A stretch of 64,000 nucleotides of DNA from a virus, in IMG/VR virus record IMGVR_UViG_3300046808_001035. The stretch is one strand, 5' to 3'. The notes below the pieces were generated by a model. The model was not told where the DNA came from, ran no database searches, and saw only the letters and a list, made by a program, of their open reading frames with translations. The position numbers and the translations under genes are program-made. Positions 28,895 to 36,528 of the stretch are shown here, piece after piece; position 1 is the first letter of the stretch, and each line of letters opens with the position of its first letter.

Positions 28895-29095
28895 TTACTC
28901 TGTGATGTATTTGAATTGTACGCTGCCGTCTTTACCTGCTGCCCAGTATGCTGCACCCACAGCTACTGCCTGTTCTTGTGTATTACGTTTCGTTACAAGT
29001 GCCCCGGCGCATGCTCCCATAGTAAAGACGAGGAGCAATGCGCCAATTAATACCAGAAGACCTCCTGGCTCAATTTCCCATGCATGATCAAACAT
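28895..29095 (-). CDS. small membrane protein, family F
   Basis: TM helix plus QAVAVGAAYW...DG...FKYITE. Confidence 0.65.
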   Translation of the reverse strand: MFDHAWEIEPGGLLVLIGALLLVFTMGACAGALVTKRNTQEQAVAVGAAYWAAGKDGSVQFKYITE

Positions 29096-29097
29096 AA

Positions 29098-29283
29098 TTA
29101 TTCTGTGATGTATTTGAACTCAGGGTTGCCGTATTTATCTGGTGTCCAGTATGCAACACCTGCGGCTACTGCTTTTCTCTTCATTTCATCTTTTTGAGAT
29201 TCTGCACCTATAAGCACCATGAACAAAGAGTACAAGACAATCACTAGGATTGTTGACAGTATGAATCCAGCGTCATCTTTCAT
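29098..29283 (-). CDS. small membrane protein, family F
   Basis: Start trimmed to MKDDAGF; KAVAAGVAYW...G.PEFKYITE. Confidence 0.65.
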   Translation of the reverse strand: MKDDAGFILSTILVIVLYSLFMVLIGAESQKDEMKRKAVAAGVAYWTPDKYGNPEFKYITE

Positions 29284-29284
29284 A

Positions 29285-29461
29285 TTATTTAGTATTCCAC
29301 ACGAATGCTGAATTTCCGTCTTTGTCGGTAACATAGTAAGCCGCACCATTGCGTGCAGCCTCTTTTCTGATCTCTTCTTTACCACTCATATTACCGCAGA
29401 TAACACCGAAAATGAATGTGAGTACCGAGACAAGCATAAATAAAAATTCTTCAGGGTGCAT
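29285..29461 (-). CDS. small membrane protein, family F
   Basis: Start trimmed to MHPEEF; EAARNGAAYY..DKDG...FVW. Confidence 0.65.
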   Translation of the reverse strand: MHPEEFLFMLVSVLTFIFGVICGNMSGKEEIRKEAARNGAAYYVTDKDGNSAFVWNTK

Positions 29462-29462
29462 A

Positions 29463-29864
29463 TTATTCGTTTTCATCCCAGCAGAACACGACATTGTCAT
29501 ATCCCGCTAGTTCTTCAGTTAGGTTGTGTTTGATTACTAGTTCCCAGATCATATATCTGTTGGCTAGACCTGCTCCAAGTTTTGAAATGTAAAACTTACG
29601 AGTAGGATTTTTGACAATATGCTCTTTTAGTTGATTTAAGAGCTTGAAGAAAACCTTGCTATACTCGTCTACTGTGTAGCAAGACTTTGGTTGATGATCT
29701 GGAGCTTTTTTAGTGACAAACCCTATAGCTCTTGGATGGTGTCTTAGCTTGGCAGCTCCTCCTGTTCCTCTTTGCTCTAGATTGTCTCCAAACACAAAAA
29801 ATGCGTTAGGATCTTTATTGAGGAACTCTTCTGTGACGATTAGGTTCTCGTATTTTGCATGCAT
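29463..29864 (-). CDS. macro-domain-like phage protein (FVFGDN family)
   Basis: FVFGDNL...G.GGAA.LR..P.AIG..TKK and LGAGLA motifs. Confidence 0.5.
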   Translation of the reverse strand: MHAKYENLIVTEEFLNKDPNAFFVFGDNLEQRGTGGAAKLRHHPRAIGFVTKKAPDHQPKSCYTVDEYSKVFFKLLNQLKEHIVKNPTRKFYISKLGAGLANRYMIWELVIKHNLTEELAGYDNVVFCWDENE

Positions 29865-30307
29865 TACAGCTGAGGTTTTTCGTACTTGGTGTTTCTAGTG
29901 AGGATGAACCCTTTGTGCGTGGAGCTAAACTCTAGCACATAGACTCTATTATTAGCATCACCCTCTACAACAGCTCCTGCAAAGTTGCCACCTTTTGCTA
30001 GAATAAAACCAAATCTGCTTTCAGGTACGTTGAGTATTTTCCCATATATCTTTAAAGCTTCAGCGCTTTCTTCAATTTCTGTAACTTGTCCTTTATAGCA
30101 AAACAAGTCTGTTCTATATAGCGACACAAGTTTACCCACCTCGAGCTTTATAACTTGAGACGGGATGACTACTCCGTTATTGTCTGTGAGCGGTACTTCA
30201 CCTTCGATTCTAAGCTTTAGTCCAGGAATTATTTTTTCTTCTGCTTTGATTCCTGCGTCTAGTGTTTGTGCTCCAAGCAATAGGAGCAATACTGGAATAC
30301 ACTTCAT
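29864..30307 (-). CDS. secreted or periplasmic hypothetical protein
   Basis: Signal-peptide-like N-terminus MKCIPVLLLLLGAQTLDA. Confidence 0.55.
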   Translation of the reverse strand: MKCIPVLLLLLGAQTLDAGIKAEEKIIPGLKLRIEGEVPLTDNNGVVIPSQVIKLEVGKLVSLYRTDLFCYKGQVTEIEESAEALKIYGKILNVPESRFGFILAKGGNFAGAVVEGDANNRVYVLEFSSTHKGFILTRNTKYEKPQL

Positions 30308-30558
30308 AGTTTACTGTTTTTGTTTTTTTCTGCTTTACTGATTTCGCGTTGAAGGTACCAAGCGGCTTTTTTAAGGTCTTCAACTCTTTTACCTTTGTTT
30401 TCGCAGCGCCAAATATACTTAATCGTGTTACCTAGGTTAAATCCTAGATCAAGCTGCTCAATAACATCAATACACTCAACCCCTGAGATTTGATTATAAT
30501 GCTTAGGGTGATCTACTTGTTCGTTACTACTCTTTGGTTTCTTCTTTGTATTTTTCAT
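30304..30558 (-). CDS. DUF3310 / T7 gp1.7-like nucleotide kinase family protein
   Basis: VDHPKHY...ECIDVI...GFNLGN.IKYIWR...K...EDLKKA.WYL. Confidence 0.85.
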   Translation of the reverse strand: MKNTKKKPKSSNEQVDHPKHYNQISGVECIDVIEQLDLGFNLGNTIKYIWRCENKGKRVEDLKKAAWYLQREISKAEKNKNSKL

Positions 30559-31018
30559 ATGCAGCGAAAGCTTCCGCAGAGGTTGTTTTGTCTGCAGACA
30601 TTATGAACTTTAGAACTATACTAGCTAGTTTTCCTATCTTTTCTTGTGCGTCGTTAATCGTGTGAGTAAGACTGCTGATATGCTTATCTTGCCATAGTAG
30701 CTCTTCTCTCAGCTTGAGCTTATCACTCACAAGGCAATGAGGGCAATAGCTTGCTTCCCCGTCTCTGGGGTGGCTAGGTAACTTTGCAAAATTGTGTCCT
30801 AGCGAGCACTTTGCCACGTCTATAGGGCCTGCAACGTCATTTGCTAGTGTTTCATGCTTTACTATACGAAAGCTTACTCTTTGACCCGCAGGTTCTGCTA
30901 GCTCTTTGCGTCTGGCAGTAAGCGCTTGCTCAGCTTCTTCAAGCGTTCCGCAAGCTTGCCAGTGGGTCCAGGGAAAATCTGGAAGCTTAAATTCTACTAG
31001 ATATACTATTTCAGACAT
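30527..31018 (-). CDS. hypothetical phage protein
   Basis: CSLGH...CPHC. Confidence 0.55.
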   Translation of the reverse strand: MSEIVYLVEFKLPDFPWTHWQACGTLEEAEQALTARRKELAEPAGQRVSFRIVKHETLANDVAGPIDVAKCSLGHNFAKLPSHPRDGEASYCPHCLVSDKLKLREELLWQDKHISSLTHTINDAQEKIGKLASIVLKFIMSADKTTSAEAFAAYEKYKEETKE

Positions 31019-31033
31019 AGCACTGCATTAAAG

Positions 31034-31104
31034 TTGGCCGCCCAGGGCTCGAACCTAGAATAAGAGAGTCAAAGTCTCCTGTGTTACCATTACACCAACG
31101 GCCA
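31034..31104 (-). tRNA. tRNA-Gln(UUG)
   Basis: TGGCCGT/GCGGCCA acceptor, anticodon loop CTTTGAC, GGTTCGAG T-arm; CCA not encoded. Confidence 0.9.
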
Positions 31105-31371
31105 GTTTTTCTTAGCTGCAGCTTTTAATTTACGATGCACTCCTCGAATGTACCCGTTAGCCAACGCTTCTGCAACTTCATATTCTTTTGATTTTGTGTT
31201 TAACAAAATAATGCCCCGCGCCCAGTATATTTCTCGATCTAGTGGATTATACTTATAGTCTACAACACGAAAATACCCTTGCGCGCAAGTGATATCAAAT
31301 ACACGCATTCCGTTTTTGTTATATAGCAGAACTACCTTGCCGCTTACTGTAGTTTCTTCGTAATTTTTCAT
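31090..31371 (-). CDS. hypothetical protein inside the tRNA cluster
   Basis: 93-aa ORF; stop codon lies within the 5' end of tRNA-Gln. Confidence 0.5.
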   Translation of the reverse strand: MKNYEETTVSGKVVLLYNKNGMRVFDITCAQGYFRVVDYKYNPLDREIYWARGIILLNTKSKEYEVAEALANGYIRGVHRKLKAAAKKNWPLV

Positions 31372-31380
31372 TTGTTGTAG

Positions 31381-31466
31381 TGGTAGGTAGTGTGGGGATC
31401 GAGCCCACCCAGTCTTGCGACGCCAGATTTACAGTCTGGACTGCGTCCTTAGCAGTATAACTACCT
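31381..31466 (-). tRNA. tRNA-Tyr(GUA), atypical
   Basis: CCAGA-CTGTAAA-TCTGG anticodon arm, long variable arm, encoded CCA; T-loop CTCGATC. Confidence 0.8.
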
Positions 31467-31468
31467 GT

Positions 31469-31542
31469 TGGAGCGGATGGAGGGAATCGAACCCTCATAG
31501 CTAGTTTGGAAGACTAGAGCATTACCACTATGCTACACCCGC
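31469..31542 (-). tRNA. tRNA-Gly(UCC)
   Basis: GCGGGTG...CTAGT-CTTCCAA-ACTAG...GGTTCGATTCC...TCCA. Confidence 0.95.
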
Positions 31543-31552
31543 AAAAAATTGT

Positions 31553-31618
31553 CTAGTCTCTCCCAGTGTCACACCACTTCTAGAAATCCAGTTAACGCCG
31601 GATACTGGCAGGTGTCGC
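31553..31618 (-). ncRNA. candidate structured RNA motif, copy 2
   Basis: GCGACACCTGCC...AGTGGTGTGACA...GAGAGA hairpin, shared with 31684..31765. Confidence 0.55.
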
Positions 31619-31683
31619 TCAGGTGTCGTACTTGCCGTGGCAGGCTTACTTATAGAAGCGATTCTGATTATTCGGCAAGCTTC

Positions 31684-31765
31684 GCTGTCTCTCCAGCTGT
31701 CACACCACTCAGTCGTCCGCGTCCGGACCAAGCGCACCGTGATCTCACAGTACGGCAGGTGTCGC
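31684..31765 (-). ncRNA. candidate structured RNA motif, copy 1
   Basis: Same two 12-nt blocks with a different internal hairpin region. Confidence 0.55.
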
Positions 31766-31846
31766 AATTCTCAGCAGGATTCACAGGCTGCTACATTCCA
31801 ATCACAGCCCAACCTATTACCAGGGGGGTCGTGGTTACTGAGAAAT

Positions 31847-31920
31847 TGGTTGCGGGACTAGGAATCGAACCTAGGACTACAGCTTATGAGACTGTCGTTT
31901 TACCACTTCACTATCCCGCG
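31847..31920 (-). tRNA. tRNA-Met(CAU), initiator-like acceptor
   Basis: CGCGGGA...TCCCGCAACCA with C1:A72 mismatch; anticodon loop CTCATAA. Confidence 0.9.
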
Positions 31921-32034
31921 ATTAAGTTGTTAAAGATCAAAAGACTAGCCCCGCATAGCGAGGCCGCTACTGTGTCTACTCATGGCAGATCAGCTTGATG
32001 AAGTATCCTATCTTTTTAACCTTGTTGCAACAAA

Positions 32035-32133
32035 AAACTCTGGTTGGATTCGAACCAACGGCATTCGCTTTATTCCCAGCATTTTGGCCCTTAACCGTGA
32101 GGGAGCGATGGTCTACCACTGAACTACAGAGTT
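32035..32133 (-). ncRNA. tRNA-like RNA with a 34-nt anticodon loop (possible intron-containing tRNA)
   Basis: AACTCTG/CAGAGTT acceptor, D-arm, TCGCT/AGCGA stem, GTTGG-TTCGAAT-CCAAC T-arm. Confidence 0.7.
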
Positions 32134-32147
32134 TGTCTGCTGCAAGA

Positions 32148-32222
32148 TGGTCGTGACGGTGAGAATCGAACTCACGTGGTCTTGCTCCCAAGGCAAGTGC
32201 CTGGCCTCTAGGCTACGTCACG
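32148..32222 (-). tRNA. tRNA-Pro(UGG)
   Basis: CTTGC-CTTGGGA-GCAAG anticodon arm; encoded CCA. Confidence 0.95.
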
Positions 32223-32226
32223 TAAA

Positions 32227-32301
32227 TGGAGCCAGCACTCGGATTTGAACCGAGGACCTACGGTTTACAAAACCGGTGCTCTACCGCTGAGCTATGCTGG
32301 C
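32227..32301 (-). tRNA. tRNA-Thr(UGU)
   Basis: GCCAGCA...anticodon loop TTTGTAA...GGTTCAAATCC...TCCA. Confidence 0.95.
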
Positions 32302-32315
32302 TTACGGACTGCTCT

Positions 32316-32347
32316 AAGTATAACACAAAGAGCAGCCACATGATCAA
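32316..32347 (-). promoter_or_regulatory. putative extended -10 promoter for the tRNA cluster
   Basis: TGtTATACT about 15 nt upstream of tRNA-Thr; TTGATC further upstream at a long spacing. Confidence 0.45.
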
Positions 32348-32350
32348 CAA

Positions 32351-32578
32351 CTATTCTACACTATTAATGAAATCAATATATTTCTTAGCGTATTCTAGCA
32401 CTTCATCATCTGATGGATAATAATCTGCGGAGAGGTTAAAATAGTTATCATGTCCCAACGACTCAGCTGGTTTAAGTGCTGCTGCAGCTCTAGCCATATG
32501 CTCAAACTTAGCTTGCAAGTGTACAAAGGCTAGCTGCAGCGCGTCTTGTCTCAGTTCTTTATCAGATTTTCCATTCAT
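32351..32578 (-). CDS. conserved small phage protein
   Basis: ELR...L.LA...YPS..EVL..AKK...FI. Confidence 0.55.
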   Translation of the reverse strand: MNGKSDKELRQDALQLAFVHLQAKFEHMARAAAALKPAESLGHDNYFNLSADYYPSDDEVLEYAKKYIDFINSVE

Positions 32579-32835
32579 ATTAGTCCTTGGTCTTTTAGTT
32601 TTTTGTATTCTTGTTGAGCTATAACGAAGCCTTCGGGAGTATGCTTGAAGATGTTGGGATCGTCTGTAGGCTCTACAAAGCCTTCTAGCACTAGATAATG
32701 CATCGTCTTTCTAGCTTTCAGCATCATCTCAGCAAAAAGTTTCTGTATCTCTCTTTGCTTATTTGTTTCTCCAGGCATATCTTCTTCTTCGTCATACTCG
32801 TCATCATCGTCGTTCCAAGAGTCTTCGTTAGCCAT
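32575..32835 (-). CDS. hypothetical protein with acidic N-terminus, possibly winged-helix
   Basis: LVLEGFVE....FKHTPEG. Confidence 0.5.
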   Translation of the reverse strand: MANEDSWNDDDDEYDEEEDMPGETNKQREIQKLFAEMMLKARKTMHYLVLEGFVEPTDDPNIFKHTPEGFVIAQQEYKKLKDQGLI

Positions 32836-32947
32836 TGTTTTATTTATAGGGTTTCGTTTTCTAGCTGCAAGGAATATTCAATCTTATTGAAATTTTTATC
32901 CCAAAACTCTAATTGTTCTATGCTGGGTATGAACAGGTCAAGTTGTG

Positions 32948-33451
32948 TCATAATGGTTGAAGATCTCTACGTCGCATGTACTCGGCTATAAGTAGCCCGT
33001 CTGCGTCTTTTTTAATGTTTAGTGAAGGAAACAGTCTTTTTCCTATGTCTAGACTAGCTGCCTTGAGCTCCTCGCTACCTTTTAAACCTTTAGGCAGCAA
33101 AACCTTTTGCCATTCTTTACTGTCGATATACTCGTAAGGGAACATAGACCTCTCAAGCGCTATCAAGGTAGCTTCTAATGCTCTAATAGCGCTTAGTGTA
33201 GCGTTGAACCTTGTGCTGTTTACCATAGGGCGCTCAAGACCAACCTTTACCTGGTGCTCTCCAAAATCAATCAGTATATCTCCAAGAACTGATAATAGCC
33301 CGTCAAAGTCTATTCTTGAAATATGCTTCGCCTCTTTAGTATAACTAAGCTCTTTTTTAATTGGTAGTTTATATAGCTTAGCTTTACCACTATCACTAAT
33401 AGCACCAATACCATTATTGGTTACTCCGTTGTCGAATCCTATAAATATCAT
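32948..33451 (-). CDS. RuvC-like Holliday junction resolvase
   Basis: FIGFDNG, GLERP, KEWQK and DADGLLIA acidic catalytic motifs. Confidence 0.8.
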   Translation of the reverse strand: MIFIGFDNGVTNNGIGAISDSGKAKLYKLPIKKELSYTKEAKHISRIDFDGLLSVLGDILIDFGEHQVKVGLERPMVNSTRFNATLSAIRALEATLIALERSMFPYEYIDSKEWQKVLLPKGLKGSEELKAASLDIGKRLFPSLNIKKDADGLLIAEYMRRRDLQPL

Positions 33452-33462
33452 ATTTTTAATGT

Positions 33463-33492
33463 AGGCTCGCCACCATTATAGATGGCGAGCCT
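33463..33492 (-). terminator. 10-bp GC-rich hairpin, possible terminator or processing site
   Basis: AGGCTCGCCA-N10-TGGCGAGCCT; U-tail weak. Confidence 0.45.
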
Positions 33493-33680
33493 TGTGCTGT
33501 TATACTATGGTTTCTAGGATAGCCATAACCTTCTCATAGTTTTTATGGTCTTTATTTCTGACTTTGAGATTGTTTTTTAGCCAACGAGCATCGTCGTTAT
33601 GCTTAACAGTCTTTCTATAGTCAGGAAGCTCCATTTTAGCTATCAGCTTTTCGACTTCCGCCAGTTTTTGTAGGTATTCG

Positions 33681-34190
33681 CTACGCATGAAACTCAAGAC
33701 CAAGATATCCAAGCTCAAAGCTGGTTAAGCGCTCAAGAGCTTTTTCAACACCCAACGCATAGCAGAACGGATCATCTTTAGAGCATTCACTACTCAAGCA
33801 GATATACTTGTCTACACTGCTTTTGGGTTTAATTACAATGTGAGTATAACCTCCTTTAGGTAATAACCGGTATAGAGGATCTTTTCTGAACGTAGAGGGT
33901 ACGCAGATAGCATGTGATTCAAAATTAAACGCACGCCCTTTCTTACTAGTGTGTTCGTTTAATGCTAAATACATCGCCCATCTAAAATGCTTGATGCGTA
34001 CGCTATGCCCAGCCTTTTGAAGCTTTTCGATTGTTACTCCATTAGATGGATTACACCTTGGACCTTTAGGCCTAGGTTTAGAGATCCACTTCCAGACTTT
34101 GCCAGTGTCTTTTTCAAGTTTGGTTACTTCATTAGTCCCCGCGTCGAAAGTCCACGAATATAATGGATTGTCTTTGTATTTATTACTCAT
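33681..34190 (-). CDS. hypothetical phage protein
   Basis: KGG.T...S.CS..D.F....G motif. Confidence 0.55.
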   Translation of the reverse strand: MSNKYKDNPLYSWTFDAGTNEVTKLEKDTGKVWKWISKPRPKGPRCNPSNGVTIEKLQKAGHSVRIKHFRWAMYLALNEHTSKKGRAFNFESHAICVPSTFRKDPLYRLLPKGGYTHIVIKPKSSVDKYICLSSECSKDDPFCYALGVEKALERLTSFELGYLGLEFHA

Positions 34191-34191
34191 A

Positions 34192-35412
34192 TTACAGTTC
34201 AGTTAGATGTGATGACTTTTCTAGTTCCGAGTCTACTTCAAGTTCGCTCTTTTTCTTTCTTTTTGTTTTGTTTGTTTCTGCGATTTCTTTCTCGATCTCT
34301 GGTGGAGGCATATCTGGAATGCCAAACGCGTGCCTTACTATTTCTTTAGCTTGAGGACTGTTTTTAAGTATAAAGCCCAGCTCTTGTTCTCTATACTTCT
34401 TTTCTGTATCTATTACACCATATTTCTTCTCACCACCTTCAAGCTCAAGTTCTACTTGAGTGTTCGGGGTTTTCCATGTGTACCAGCCTCCAGTCTTGCC
34501 TACAAGCGAAGTATACGCGTCACCAAGCATACGTACAAGAGGACTATACCAGTCGATACCTCCGTTGATATGAATATCAAACTCAATCTTCTGACTGTTA
34601 CCTTCACGTCCAAGCTTGTTGCGCTTGACTGTGAGTGTGTGGGTAGATCCGCTCTTGCGCTTCACTCCCATGTGATCTTCTTCTAGGTTGTCCCTAACTC
34701 TGGCTACCTTGAACTGATAGGTGCTATTGAATCGTTGAGCCTCACCCCCGATGAGTGCCTCAGGCTTTTCTGTACCGAAGCCTGTCATACCACCAATCTG
34801 TTCTTTTAATTGGTTGGTCGCCACAAACACAATATTCTCGCACTCTAGGTGAGGAATAATGTTTCTGTAGAAAGCACTCATCAGTTTTGCATGCTCACCT
34901 ACCTTTGTCTGTCCGATTACGTCTTGATCCTGCTCATACTCTGTACTACCGCCAGCGATACTATCTAGAGCAATCAGAATAGGTGTTTTACCGTCGCTGT
35001 GCTTTGCATAGTTCTCGATAATAATCTTACACAAAGTCAAAGCCTCTTCAAGGCTCTTTGGATTGTGATAGTGTACGCCTGCAGGGTCTACACCCTGAAG
35101 TTCCATATATCGGAAGTCAGGAGCGTTTTCAGTCTCAATCCAGAAGAACTTACCTCCTGCCTTCTGGAAGATTTTAGCCAGGTCGAATAGTAGCGTAGTT
35201 TTACTGCAGCCCTTTTTACCGTAGAGAAGATAGCATCGACCGTACGCCATAAAGCGACGGTCGAAGGCATACTCCAACAGGGGGTTATCTAAAACGATCC
35301 CTGTTGGAGGTAGCTCCTTATCTACGGTATTGAGCTCCAGATTAACTGCTTCAGCTTTGAATGTCTTAGCAAAGCTTTTCTTGATCGAGTTAATATAGGA
35401 GTCAATATCCAT
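34192..35412 (-). CDS. RecA/UvsX-like recombinase
   Basis: PTG...L, Walker A GKKGCSKTT, IETENA, IALDSI, TNQLK, GG.A..F, KRNK and GGID motifs. Confidence 0.9.
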   Translation of the reverse strand: MDIDSYINSIKKSFAKTFKAEAVNLELNTVDKELPPTGIVLDNPLLEYAFDRRFMAYGRCYLLYGKKGCSKTTLLFDLAKIFQKAGGKFFWIETENAPDFRYMELQGVDPAGVHYHNPKSLEEALTLCKIIIENYAKHSDGKTPILIALDSIAGGSTEYEQDQDVIGQTKVGEHAKLMSAFYRNIIPHLECENIVFVATNQLKEQIGGMTGFGTEKPEALIGGEAQRFNSTYQFKVARVRDNLEEDHMGVKRKSGSTHTLTVKRNKLGREGNSQKIEFDIHINGGIDWYSPLVRMLGDAYTSLVGKTGGWYTWKTPNTQVELELEGGEKKYGVIDTEKKYREQELGFILKNSPQAKEIVRHAFGIPDMPPPEIEKEIAETNKTKRKKKSELEVDSELEKSSHLTEL

Positions 35413-35422
35413 AGTGTTTTTA

Positions 35423-36451
35423 TTACATTTCGTTCATGAACCGCAGTGCTTCTTCGCGGCTCATTTGTCTAGAGGCCATCGGGTTTGGGGGGAGTGAGCT
35501 TAGATCGACTGGTTGAACTGCAGGAATAGCTACACTAGCTACAGCCACTGGAGCGATAGAAGCTTTTGGAATGTCTAATACAGGTACCGCTGCAGGCACA
35601 GGAATCTTAGGTGCTTCTTGCACAGGAGCGAGACAAATATTGTCAGCCTTCTGCTCAAAACTAGCTCCACGCCCCTGAGGCTTTAATAGCCCTGGATAAC
35701 CATTCATACAATCGTCAAAAATATCTGCGCTATACATCTCACGAAGCTTGGCAAGAATATCTTCTTTGGTCTTTGTGACGAATACGTCGTCAAGGTCGTA
35801 CAGATAATCGCTGTCGGCCAGCTGCTCAGGAAGCTTTACCGCCTGACTGCTCTCTACTTGAACAGTCCAGGGGTTTTGTGAACCTTCTTTAAGCTTGATA
35901 TATACAGGAACACAACGATCAGGGTCATTGATTGGATTTCTTGGGTTGCCTTGAAGATCTTTGCCGCCAAGCCAATTCATAAGAATATCTGCACCATTGC
36001 GCAAAGGAAGATCGAGCACATGCGCACCAGCTGAAAGATTTTGGGCAAAAGCTACATTGTACACTACACGGTCGGTAACACGACCACAGAACGGATACTG
36101 CTTGAACTTCTTACCGTTATTATCTACGTCACGCACACGAGACTCTTCAGGGTAGAGGATCTTGAGGTTGTTTGCAAAATATTCTGCAGGGTCCTGAAGC
36201 TTGTTAGGAATGAAATACTTTTCTTTGTAGCTAGTGCCGAAATTGTCACGCACGCTGATACGCTTGTACCAGATACCATTACCAGAACTGTCAGCCTTGT
36301 AGGCAGGAAGGAAGTAGAGATAAGCGCCCTCGACATTAGATGTTTTACTGAAGATGGCCCTACGCACACCGTCCTTGATGTAAGGTGTCGCAGAAGAGCC
36401 GAGGTTGAGTTCACTGCCTTCGAATTTAAGAGATGGTTTGATGATTGCCAT
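35423..36451 (-). CDS. probable single-stranded DNA-binding or recombination protein
   Basis: Upstream of RecA; YFLP...W core and Pro/Ala-rich disordered tail; inferred from position only. Confidence 0.4.
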   Translation of the reverse strand: MAIIKPSLKFEGSELNLGSSATPYIKDGVRRAIFSKTSNVEGAYLYFLPAYKADSSGNGIWYKRISVRDNFGTSYKEKYFIPNKLQDPAEYFANNLKILYPEESRVRDVDNNGKKFKQYPFCGRVTDRVVYNVAFAQNLSAGAHVLDLPLRNGADILMNWLGGKDLQGNPRNPINDPDRCVPVYIKLKEGSQNPWTVQVESSQAVKLPEQLADSDYLYDLDDVFVTKTKEDILAKLREMYSADIFDDCMNGYPGLLKPQGRGASFEQKADNICLAPVQEAPKIPVPAAVPVLDIPKASIAPVAVASVAIPAVQPVDLSSLPPNPMASRQMSREEALRFMNEM

Positions 36452-36528
36452 ATGTTTTAGTTTGAGTTTTGTTGGTTGGTTGTTTAACTGGGTATAAGTA
36501 TAAAGCTGTGAATCTGTGAGAGCTTAGG

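Noticed and set aside
31553-31765. Repeats as a mini CRISPR array
   Set aside because: Only two bipartite units with structured, unequal interiors; no regular repeat-spacer period and no cas genes
31768-31844. SRP (4.5S) RNA, suggested by GGAA...AGCAGCC
   Set aside because: The CAGG-stem-GGAA-stem-AGCAG domain IV geometry is not properly formed
31528-32420. ORFs 31528..31767, 31549..31998, 31637..31861, 31976..32191 and 32226..32420
   Set aside because: They overlap tRNAs and structured RNA elements; better explained as non-coding
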